Shown here: one piece after another, positions 1 to 11,000 of the stretch
How the letters are laid out: every line of letters begins with the position of its first letter
How positions within the stretch are numbered: position 1 is the first letter of the stretch
Source: Amphiscolops sp. MND2022
Lineage: Eukaryota
Length of the DNA: 63,810 nucleotides
Direction: 5' to 3'
NCBI GenBank assembly: GCA_964187785.1
Contig: OZ076409.1
Coordinates: 7,442,191 to 7,506,000, forward strand
Notes under the pieces: generated by a model
Database searches by the model: none
What the model was told of the DNA's origin: nothing
Seen by the model: only the letters and a program-made list of their open reading frames with translations
Translations under genes and position numbers: made by a program

Positions 1-209
1 CGAATTCCTTTGTGCCAGTTTTTTGTCTTTCGATATGTTCTGCTGTTTGTGTAGTCATTTATCTCTTCGGATATGTCTCCATTAAATAAACAAGACATCC
101 GATAAGCACCGGAATTTTTTCACCAGAAATTCCAGGCTGGAGTCCGGGTTCGAGCCAGACGGAGCACTACCAACTGGGCCACGGTGTCTAACTTGTCCAC
201 AATGGAGTA

Positions 210-660
210 ACCAGACGAGACCTTCTAAAGTCGGCGCTATATATAAAGCTCAAAAGCGCAAAACATTTTTTGGAAAAAAACTCGAAATTTCGAAAAATGT
301 CGCATAGTGCCGAAAAATGTAAAAGGGGGACCCTTTTGGATTTATTAACATACTACATTCTGTTGGAAAATATCAAAAAACAAGAAGGGAGGACCCTTTG
401 GGGTCATTTAAAAATTTTCGAAAAAAATCGCATAGAACCGAAAAAATCCGTCCGTTTTTCTAGGTTTCCTTGAAAAAATAAAAAAAAATGAAAGGGGACC
501 CTTTGGACTAAGTTTGCCTTGGCCGGACTTGGCCTTAGGTGGTTTCAGGAATGTTTGTAAAAATTGGATCGATCAGTGTGAGGATTGTAGTCTGAAGAGA
601 ATGAAAAGGTCACTGCTATAATCGGGCATTTTTCTTTAAAAGGAAAATGCGCCGACTAAA
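210..660 (-). mobile_element. DINE-1/HINE-like non-autonomous Helentron, family A
   Basis: Subterminal inverted repeats AGTCGGCGC (~229) and GCGCCGACT (~649), internal GGGGACCCTTT/GTGCCGAAAA tandem units and a terminal hairpin. The same layout recurs many times in the window. Confidence 0.6.
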
Positions 661-1687
661 AATAAAGCAAAGATTTGGCTAAATTGGAACAAAATGCTAC
701 ACAGATGGAGATTTGCCTCCCCTATTGCAATAAATTGTGGGCGCAAAGAATAATCCTTTCTCTTCCAATCAATGGCTAGGTTTGGTGTTTGATTCAGAGA
801 TTGTGTGACGTAACGTAGATGCAGGTAAAGGTACAAAGTATGCAAAGTTTATCTACAGCTACTTTAGGTTTTGAGGTTATCAACTGAATTAGAACAGATA
901 AAATATCTCTCTTTTCTGGCTCGAGGGAATTTTATAGCTGTAGTATTCATTTTTTAAGGTTTCGATACTTTGCAACCATATGGGTGTGAAAAGAGCCCAA
1001 TGAGAATCCCAATAAGGGTTAGAATTGATTCTTAAAAAATTTGGTCCTACTCTTTGTAATGTGATTTGTACTTTGAAATTGCCTTAAGGTGGCGCTTGGT
1101 GAGATTTTGGAATTGATGTATCGACAAATAAAAATGGATTAGTTTGAAAAAATTCTCCAGCTGAGGCATTTGATACCATTTGTTTCATTCAACAATCCAG
1201 TTTCATTCAAATAAGTGCCGAAACGTTTGGTTCCGTCAAAATGATGCGAGTTCCCTCGTTACAAGGGAAAGGCAACCTGTAGAAAAGCATTTTGATCGAC
1301 TGTTGCATTCGTAGAACTTGCAAGGATTTTAACAGTTATACAAAAACTGACGCTCCATCTTGGATCTCTGTTACTTGGATCAGCTAACTGCTAGTTCGAT
1401 CACAACTGATAGTATGATGGGGTCCTATCATTGATCGTGAGTCAAGACTCCTCAAAGAAAAAAATTTTTTGAAGTGACACAAATTTAGCAGTTTGAATAA
1501 ACAGAATTCAATATTTTACAACATAAATTTTTCTTCTGACTTTATATATAATTCAATAAAGTTCATGAAACATTAAAACCGGCATATTCGTTGTCTATCA
1601 AAGTTGATGTTTCTACATTTTTTACAATGATCTCGACCAGTGGGTTAACCGCTAAGTGTATTTCAGCTATCGCTATTGCTAATGATT

Positions 1688-2242
1688 AACAAAACGGGAA
1701 CGTCTAAAGTCGGCACCATATCTAAGGCTCAAACAGCGCAAAGTTTTTAAAATTGTAAAAGGGGACCCTTTGGGCTTTTTGAAATTACAGTTTCTTGCAA
1801 AATATCAAAAAAATTGAAGCGGGACCCTTTGAAGACATTAAAAAATTTTCGAAAAACGAAAAATGAGAACTTTGAAACTGTCTCATAGTGCCGAAAAACT
1901 TAGAAGGGGAGACCCTTTGGGCTTTTTGAAACTTCAGTTTGCTGCAAAATATCAAAAAACTTGAAAAGGGGACCCTTTTGAGACAAAACAAATTTCGGAA
2001 AAAGTCGCACAGTGCCGAGAAAAATTGAAAGAGGGGACCCTTTGGTGTCATCCGGTTTTGTATGTCACGTTTAAAAAGGAAAAATGAAAAGGAGGACCCT
2101 TTGCTACAACTTAGACTCGCTTCCGAGGCATTCGTTTAGTTGAACAAACTGAACAAAAATTTCGTCGCTTCGAATCTGTCTTGAAGAAAAAAAAGAAAGA
2201 CTGTAATAGTCGGGCTCTTTTAATAAAAACGCCTACTAAAAA
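1688..2242 (-). mobile_element. HINE-like family A copy with expanded central tandem repeats
   Basis: Begins AAACGGGAACGTCTAAAGTCGGCAC; repeated GGGGACCCTTTG...TTGCAAAATATCAAAAA units; ends TAGTCGGGC...GCCTACTAAAAA. Confidence 0.6.
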
Positions 2243-2454
2243 CGGTAGCTAGCTGTAGCTGAAGAACAAAATCAAAAGCTACTTTTTCAATTCAAATTTT
2301 TCGCTTTGACTATTTTTGATGGTCTGCAAGAGAGTGAGGGGTCAAAAAATTGAGAAACTTTTTTGATTGCAGAGCCTAGAAATAATTGAAGAAGTCACTG
2401 CAGGGGCATTGTTTGCGTGATGAATTCAGCGAAACAGCTGTTTTGGAAGAGCAA

Positions 2455-2712
2455 AGACAGCGGCTTCTCGAAAAACAAAGGAGTCGGAGACGGATTAAAA
2501 TATTGGAAAACAAATTGTCATTTGGTGATTTTTGGTCTGATTTTGGCTGTTTCTCAGATCCAACTAATACGATTTTGATGTCATTGCACACATAGGACCC
2601 TATGGTGTAGAATGATTGTGCTAATTTTTATTTTAAAAGTATCGACAAATTTTTATTGCAAGGTCGGGAGAAACAGATTCGATTGCATAAGTAGTCCAAA
2701 TTTTTCCGATTG
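2455..2712. repeat. Interspersed repeat family B (HINE-like)
   Basis: AAGGAGTCGGARACGGATTAA...GTCATTGCACACATAGGACC...AAGGTCGGGAGAAA...TTTCCGA is shared with 50562-51012 and 51655-51950. Confidence 0.55.
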
Positions 2713-2754
2713 CTAAAATGTTCAAGAGAACAGCGGCAACTAGCAGTATACTAG

Positions 2755-2895
2755 CTATAGCAATAACTTCAGAAACCGGTAGCGACAACTACAAAAAGCG
2801 GAAGCGATTACTTCGAAAAGCGGTAGCGATTACTTCGAAAAGCGTTAGCGATAATTTCAAAAAGCGCTAGCGATAACTTCAAAAAGCGGTAGCGT
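2755..2895. repeat. 22-bp minisatellite (GCGGTAGCGATTACTTCGAAAA), about 6 copies
   Basis: Direct tandem units read from the sequence. Confidence 0.85.
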
Positions 2896-2899
2896 TCAA

Positions 2900-3210
2900 C
2901 GTGAGTAGCGATCAAATCGCTGATGTAGTAGATCCTAATCGATGAAGAAGTGCAAGCGTTGCTGGGGGGAACAGGCCAGGTAGCAGAAGAGGAAAGAAGA
3001 GGCGCTGATGAAACTGTTCAAGGTCACGGCCACTGTGAGGAGCTGGAGACTGAGCTGCGTGAGTTTGGCCTCTTTCTTGGACAGATGGAAGCCGAGAAAG
3101 AAACAGGCCAGACAAACGGCGTTGATGACAACGTTCAGAGCCATGTAGACAGTCTTGTAAAACAGAGACACTTTCTCACACGTCTTCTTTGGGGCCGCCT
3201 TGGACAGTGA
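2900..3210 (-). CDS. Probable host exon of a 7-TM receptor-like protein (ECL2-TM5-TM6-TM7)
   Basis: GC-richer island encoding KKTCEKVSLFYKTVYMALNVVINAVCLACFFLGF...LLTVAVTLNSFISASSFLFCYLAC. Removing one G from the G6 run at 2964-2969 continues the frame as SPSNACTSSSIRIYYISDLIATH. Exon boundaries are uncertain. Confidence 0.5.
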
Positions 3211-3271
3211 TGTTCATTCATATATTTTTTAAATTTATGTTTAGTTTTGATCATATTCGAATAGTGAATTC

Positions 3272-3504
3272 GGCTCTTTTCTGTTCAACCCCCCCCCACA
3301 GAACGTTTTTTGGAAAATTAATGAAAGTTTTATGAAAAAGACTTGAATACAAACGAGAATCCTTCAATTTCAATATATTTACAGTGTGACAATTTGCAAT
3401 TGAGATATAGAATTTGTTCACACTATTTTTCCTTGTGAAGTCACTCGTTTTTGATCAGAAAATTAACGGCTTCCTGTTTTGAGTCACAAAAATACAGTGA
3501 ATAC
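3272..3504 (+). mobile_element. Left part of a GGCTCTTTTCTG-TIR MITE interrupted by element 1 (continues 21574-~21700)
   Basis: The joined flanks align by eye to the intact copy at 22811-23233. Confidence 0.7.
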
Positions 3505-3923
3505 TGTGATGCCATGATGCATGTCCTCAAAGATTTTATAAGTCTGAAATACTCTGAACTCTTAACCGAAGAAATTAGTAAATCTAATTGAATCTAGAAA
3601 CCAATTATTCTAGAAGAAACTTCATTTAATAGATCCTGTATCAAACTTCCCTGCTTTATCCTGTTGCTGTCACATTATTAATTGATGTAACCTACCCTAG
3701 TTAATAGAATATATCTACTTGGAGAAATTGAGAATTCTTCCTAGCAATCAGTCTTCTTCCAACACTTCAAGAACTGAGATCTCAGAAATAGACTGTACTC
3801 TGAAATAGCTAGCTACCAAATATAAGATAAAAGATAAGACGACTCCGCTGTTAAAATCTTAGACTTCTTATGTCAGTTCTAACTTGTATAAAAGAAACAA
3901 CCACAAAACTTTTTAACAGCTCA
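3505..3923 (+). repeat. Element 1 5' LTR (419 bp)
   Basis: TGTGATGCC...AACAGCTCA; no difference from 21151-21569 seen by eye. Confidence 0.95.
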
Positions 3924-3925
3924 AT

Positions 3926-3940
3926 TGGTGCGACCACGAA
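3926..3940 (+). promoter_or_regulatory. Element 1 primer-binding site (TGGTGCGACCACGAA)
   Basis: TGG starts 2 nt after the LTR end. The tRNA identity is not established. Confidence 0.75.
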
Positions 3941-4077
3941 AATTCTTCTTTCTCTCCCATTTGTTTCACACATCTACAATTGTTGTACGCCTTTCCTCAA
4001 CTTTTTCATTCGATATCTCTTTGTTCGACACACAGTCTCTCCACCTCTCAACATTGCATACCGTTATTAACTTCAAC

Positions 4078-4384
4078 GTTGCAACCAATTTCTACTTGAA
4101 ATTGATCCGTGTTGCTATGGTTCTGACTGCGTTCATCAACGTAATTCCTGTCAGTCATACTTCTTGGTTCTGACTACGTTTCTTCACGTAATTCCTGTCA
4201 GTTAAATTTTTCGTTCCAACCACCTCTGAGTGAATTCGTGTTGGCTTTCTTCTTCTTCTCTCTTTCTTTCGTTCCAACCGCAGACGTGCGATACGTGTTG
4301 GCCCTTTTACAGTGCTATCCAGCGATTCCTGCTAGTAAAACTCTCTTTGGTTCTAGCCGCTCGGATCAACTTTAAAGTTGGCAC
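4078..4384 (+). ncRNA. Array of six bulged stem-loop RNA motifs in the element 1 leader
   Basis: GTT + 5-bp stem + inner hairpin + ATHCST bulge at 4078-4115, 4120-4154, 4167-4201, 4213-4244 and 4271-4301, plus a permuted copy at 4317-4366. Stem sequences differ but still pair. Confidence 0.7.
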
Positions 4385-4623
4385 ACATATATAACACATC
4401 TTTCTCCATAACATCACTATAATACTTTTTTCTTCTCTCTTTTATACTACAAGCTACATATAAAACTTCTTTAAAACTCTCTTACGGATCCAAATATATA
4501 ACAATTCAGATATATACCACATATATCACACCTCTCTTTACATTACTTTCATTTTTCATACACCTATACACAACAACAATTTTGTATAACTTTTTTTACA
4601 CGCCTTATAGAACTTTATTGTAC

Positions 4624-4746
4624 ATGCCGCCTTCAGTAGACATTGTAGTCAAACTCATTGTCTGCTTTTGGTTCTTTGTTGCTATCGTTGCCGGTCTTGC
4701 ACTTTTCCTAGACAAATTTTTAATTTCATTCATACCAAAATTTTAA
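4624..4746 (+). CDS. Leader small ORF1, 40-aa single-TM peptide
   Basis: ATG...TAA encoding MPPSVDIVVKLIVCFWFFVAIVAGLALFLDKFLISFIPKF; below the ORF-track cutoff. Confidence 0.5.
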   Translation: MPPSVDIVVKLIVCFWFFVAIVAGLALFLDKFLISFIPKF

Positions 4747-4765
4747 AGTACAACCTTTTCCTTCT

Positions 4766-5005
4766 ATGTTAACAAGTATAGTACTACCTCTTTTTGGACT
4801 ACTTAATATATACCACACTTTCAAAATACTTATTCAATATATACAAAACCCACTTCTTCTTTTCATAAGTATTGTACTTACTATTTTTCTACAAGTTATT
4901 TTCATAGATCAAATTTTACCATATAATTCACAATTTAATACAAAATATCTTCTTTTCCGATACATCTACCCTTTATGGCAATCCTATTGTACTAATCAAA
5001 CCTAA
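4766..5005 (+). CDS. Leader small ORF2, 79-aa hydrophobic peptide
   Basis: ATG start, hydrophobic stretch PLLLFISIVLTIFLQVIFI; ends 9 nt before the gag-pol ATG. Confidence 0.45.
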   Translation: MLTSIVLPLFGLLNIYHTFKILIQYIQNPLLLFISIVLTIFLQVIFIDQILPYNSQFNTKYLLFRYIYPLWQSYCTNQT

Positions 5006-5014
5006 TATCATATA

Positions 5015-8000
5015 ATGCTCCCCACTCCCTTTACAGTCTCTAATGATAAAAGACAAAATCGATCTCTTATACAATATGTAACACCTTTTCTACAAAATAT
5101 TATCTTTCAGTACACTAACCCACTTCCATTTGAAACAGAACCCCATATACTACACACTATTCCATTAATACGAGAACATTGTGATTCCTACTTATATTAT
5201 ATTCAATATAAAACACTTGACATAACACCATCACAAACTCCTTTTCAAGTTATTTTTAACCCTGTTAAAGGCATAAACTCTGGAACATTTTATAGAACTA
5301 TACACCCACAAAATATCACACTTTCTATACAAGATGTTTTTCGCACATATCTACAAAAACTCATTGAATTCAATGAACACCAAGACATACCACCTTATCG
5401 TCCTTCTCATTTACAAGAACTCAAACGCTTGTCTGAATATTTCGAGGTTCCTGATCTTGACACAAAAGTTCAAAGACACGGTAACCCTCATTATTGGCTA
5501 CAACGAGATATATTACAAGTAAAGAACTTTGAATACAAATTCTTTACAAAAATCACCCTTACAGATGACACTATACCTCAAGTCAAAATTTTTACACATT
5601 TCTTATTAAAATTCTTTAGATTTAACTATCAATTACTTTGGGAACAAAAAGACCAAAATGCTTATACTAACTTCCCAAAAGCATTAACAGACATAGAACT
5701 CTTACCATACATTATAGACAATAAAAACAAACATTTACATTACATAGATCTTACCTCATTAAATGCTACACATTTTGAACAAATAAACCTAGATCACAAC
5801 TTTGTACTTGAACATTCTGAAACGTCAGACAGTAGACCTTATATTACATCTGATACTTTACATCAACCAACTCTTCAAACACGAACTTTTGATGTTGAAC
5901 CTCCATATATAAGACAACAATCAGAACAATCAGAACAAGAATCTATAACACAAGAAACACTTGTTCATCTTTTTCACAATCCTGATTCTCCTCAAGAACA
6001 ATCACCACAGCCACCACAATCACAAATTTCTGATACGCGACAACCAAATCCGTCTGAAATACATACACTTCCCAATACATCAGAACTTTCCGATGAAACA
6101 GTACAAAATCCACAAAGTTTTACAATAACTCAGGACACCAATCTTATAGCAATTCCTACTCACAATATCACCCAAAAGACTACAAATCAAAATCAAGACA
6201 ACCCTTCAAATGTCATCACCGATAATACTTCTGTTTTATCACAATATAATACTAATATTACACAACCCTCTCAAACACAAATATTATCTCCTCGAAATTA
6301 TGATCCACCTCCTATTCCTCCCCAATTCTCAGCTCAAATAAATACTCATAACTCTCCTCAACCAAGCTCATCAAATACACACTCTATTACACAGAACCAA
6401 AATACAGTACATTTCCAAACACCAACTCCACCTACATCTTCTGAAATACAAACTTCTACTTATACTCCAGCTCAAACTAACCCAGTACAAACTACACAGC
6501 CTACTTTAAATATTAACACAATTCATTCCAACCCACCCTCTAACTATACTACAGCCAGACATCTATCTCGACCTCCATTACAACCTATATTAACTGACCC
6601 ATTATCATACAATCTTACCTGTACCAATCCAAGTCATACTCAACAATCTCAAATAAATTATAACACACACAACCAATTAAACACTCTTTCTTCCCAGCAT
6701 ACATCCAATACAATTCCTCCTACATTACAAACCTCTCACTTTCAAATATCAAATCCTCCTTCAACAACAATTAGAACTAACCCTCACTTTCATAATACTT
6801 CAACTATATCTTCAACTAATATTTCACACCATCCTACGTATAATACAACACCTCCATCTACTATATCTCATAACACTATGTCACATCCAACATATATTAA
6901 CTCTTCTACTTCTATATCAGAACCTATTAAACCTTTTGACGGACTCGATCACAACTATACACCTGAAGAATATTTACAACATATTGAGGCACGTGTTACA
7001 TTCTCTTTAGGTTTACAACCTACCTCAGAACATGAATATAAATTTTGGCACGCTCGCCGCATGGCTTTCATACAATGCTCTTTAACAGGTACAGCACTAA
7101 GCTGGTACATCCGTTTAAACGACACTTATAAACATGATTGGCACGCTTTTGTACAAGCTTTCAAAAAACAATTTTCTTCACAAAAGAACGCTTATTATGC
7201 TCAAGTTGAAGCCCTTAACTTAACAAAGAAGGATAATGAAACAGTACGCCACTTTGCACTTAAAGTTCAACAACTAGTTGAAAAAGGCTGGTGCAATGAA
7301 AATGCATCCACTATTAACCTTAAATGTAATGAAATCTTCACAAAAGGACTTCCAAAAACCCTTAAAGACTTTGCAAATAAAAGACAAGTAAAACACACCT
7401 CTACTGTTCTAGAACCTTCGATTCCTTTCCATACATTGGTAAAGCTTGTTGACGCTGAAGATATTGCAAATGACAAAATCAGAACACATGATCTTGCACT
7501 TGAAATAAACAATATTACAAAACAATTGAACACTCAAACCTTAGATCACTCATCTCAAGAACAACTTATGTATACACAACCCAAAGACCCAAATAACAAA
7601 AATAAACCCGCATATAAAAAATATTGCTCATACTGTCATAGAACAAATCATTCCATTTCTGCTTGTTTCAAAAAACAACGAGATGATCAAGATAAACGAG
7701 AAGCATATGCTCGATCAAAATCTCCACAAAAATCATTCGTTCAGTACTTTCGTTCTCCTTCCAATGACAAAACAAAACACTATGATAATCCATATCGAAG
7801 TCGAAGTACTTCACGAGACAACTCTTATAACCAAAAATATTCACAAGATAGATACCGTTCTACATCTCGAGATAGAGACCGATTTCGTTATGATAAAAGT
7901 ACTACTCCTCCACATTACTCCAGATCAAGATATGACACATATAAACGCGATTCTCGATCGTACCGTTCTCCTTACAGATCTTCTTATAGATCTCCATATA

Positions 8001-11000
8001 GACAAAATTCTCGTACTAGATACAGATCACGCTCTTATTCAAGAGATGACAAATTTAACAAATACACCAATTCATATAGACCACCTTCTAGACCAAGAAA
8101 CTCTCGATTTTCTAGATCCAGATCACATTCCAATTCCAGAAATAAAATCAATATAATACAACAACAAGAACAAACTGATCCTATCAAATTTGAAGTACAC
8201 ATGTACCACCCAACAGCAATGGCAAATGCTGTCACACCTACAAGTTGGTTTTATACTCTATATGTACACACTCCATCAAGTATAGTACAAAGAGACAACC
8301 CTTCTAGACTAGAAATTGCATTTCTCCTAGATAGCGGTGCTTCCATTTCTGTACTCAATTACCCAACATATATAACTCTTACAAAACTTCTCGATATTCG
8401 ACCCAATCATACCTCTGATGTTGGACCAACAAGAAATTCCAAAACACTAACTGTTGCAAACCAAACCGAAGTTCCTATCTTACATTATGCAAATATCATT
8501 CTGAATACCACTATTGACGAAAATTCCCGATACTTTTCAGTACCCTTTGCAGTAGCTGATATTAAATACAATATCCTTGGTACACCATTCTTCGAAGACA
8601 ATATACAAAACATAAACATACAAGACTTTACACTCGAATTTAAATACCAATCAAAAACACACCCAAATTATGCAAAATTTACAACACTTCTATCTAAAGA
8701 TTATCCATACTTCTCGTACATTTATAGAATCAACTCAAAAACCCAAACACGTTTAAAACCTAAATCTTCAAAAATTGCACACTTTCCGATCAAAAATTAT
8801 CATAATCTTCATTTTACAACTACACCGCAAAACCACTTCTTTCCTTCAGTACCTCATACCTATTTTGCTACCAAATTCCGTACAACTTTCAATTTTATTG
8901 AAGTTTTTACAGACGACAAGCCAGACATATGTGCAACAATTATTCAAAACACTTCAAAACATATTGCAACGCTACCTACAGGACATATTGGCTACATCGA
9001 ATTTCCAATTACTAATGAAAGACCCAAATTCTTCCAAGTTAATGACATAAATACTTTAATACATAATGTTACTCATACTTACCATCCTGATATTACCGAA
9101 CCACTCCCACAAACAAATTATATTGTACAATATGATGACCCTACAACCCCTCCTCCACAATTCTCCTTACATCAAATTTATATGACAAATGACTACATTC
9201 CCCATCAAACTTCTTCTCTATATAACGTTCAACCTACTTCTCATACATCAGAAAAACGCATTTTCCCTTCTCTTCCATATACTTCTGAAAATCTGAAATT
9301 TATTAACAAATTTAACTTTCAATTTTCCGACCTTACAGATTCAGAATACATTACTCTTTGCAATATGCTCCTCAAATATAAAACATGTTATGCAACTCAT
9401 AAAAACGATGTTGGAAAAATTTCAACACCCTTTCGTATCCGACTTAAACCCAATGCCCAACTTATGACACAACGTCCTTCCAAAGTCCCTATTCATTATC
9501 GAGACAAATTAAATGCACTTCTAAAAGAACTCGAAAAATATAACATTATTAAACAAATTGGTTCTTCTCCTCATGATAAACCCGTCTATGGCACAACTTA
9601 TTTAAATCCTCTTATTATAATCCCCAAGGGAGATACAATAAAATGTGTATTAGACGCTCGACATCTCAATTCCAATACAGAACAATCTGATGAATCTTGG
9701 CCTATTGAACCTCTTGCTCCACAATTAGCACGCGCAAACAAAAAGTACAAATCTGCTATTGACCTTATGTATGCCTATGCACATACACCTCTCGACGAAG
9801 ACACTATAAAACTTACTAGCTTCTCTTCAGGAGATAAACTTTTCGCTTTCATACGAGGCTTTTATGGTCTCAAAGGACTACCAAATTTCTTTACAAAACA
9901 AATGTCTACCTTCTTTAAAACTCTTATAGAACAAGGTTTCGCTCTTGTCTACATTGATGATATATTACTTTTATCCGACTCTAAAGAACATATGTTTCAG
10001 CTCATAGAACAACTCCATATTATCAGTACAAAAAATAATCTTAAACTAGCCCCTGAAAAATCCTTTTTTATGCTCCTCAAGGTCAAATTCCTTGGACATG
10101 AAATTGGTTACAATACAATTAAACCAATTCATTCAAAAATTGCAGCTATTCATAAAATCCCTTCTCCAACTGGCAAAGTTGCCCTCATGAGTTTCATTGG
10201 CGCACTCAATTTTTACACTAAATTTATTGAAAAATTACATATTAACCTCAAACCGTTTTACGATCTTTTACATGAAAACACTCCTTGGAAATGGACAGAT
10301 GAACACGAAAGTCTATTCCAAAAACTTAAAATGTCTCTTACATCTGAAACAGAATTAACAATACCGAATACAAAACATCCATTTTTTATTACAGTTGACG
10401 CTTCCCTTATTGGATTAGGCGCTGTCTTATTCCAGTTAAATGAACAGAACAAAATGAAAGTCATATCGTACAACTCTCGTATACTTAGCCCACAAGAACA
10501 AAAACTCTCCACACTTGATAGAGAACTCCTTGGTATAGTACACGCACTCCAAATCTATGAATTTCTTATCATAGGTTCTCCACATCCAATACACATTTTC
10601 ACTGATCACAAACCTTTATTACATTGTTTTACAAAGAAAGGTAATCTCAGCCCTCGTTTCTATAGAGCCCAAATGCAATTGACAAAATTTTCAAAACTCA
10701 AAATAATTCACACCCCTGGAAAAAATCTTTCTGTTGCCGATATGTTGAGTCGCTCATTCACAAAAGCTGAATTACAACTCAACCAATTAAAACATAAACA
10801 CCTTCCACCACAAATCGATTTTGCACTTTTACAAGATAACACTCTTAAACCTGTACATTACTTAATAAAACATGAAGAAATTTTATCCCATCAAAAACAT
10901 GACTCTCATCCAATTCTTGCTGATTATGGTACAGATCAATTCTCTATCCGTATCAATGATAAAGGAAACGACATTATTGTAAAACCCTTACAATCTTTCT

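Noticed and set aside
130..190. tRNA gene (A-box-like GTGGCCCAGTTGGT on the minus strand; GTTCGA motifs at ~148, ~46488 and ~54163)
   Set aside because: No complete cloverleaf; at most tRNA-derived SINE remnants.
270..2595. Short K/F-rich ORFs in flank repeats (also 22279-27683 and 49321-58473)
   Set aside because: Translations of A/T-run-rich HINE and MITE repeats, apart from the hAT relic and the possible exon listed separately.
3887..3894. TATAAAAG as the element 1 TATA box
   Set aside because: It would put the start site almost at the LTR end and could equally be a poly(A) signal variant; unresolved without TSS data.
4078..4384. Leader array as a CRISPR-like repeat-spacer locus
   Set aside because: Units conserve structure rather than an identical repeat, there are no cas genes, and the context is a eukaryotic retroelement.
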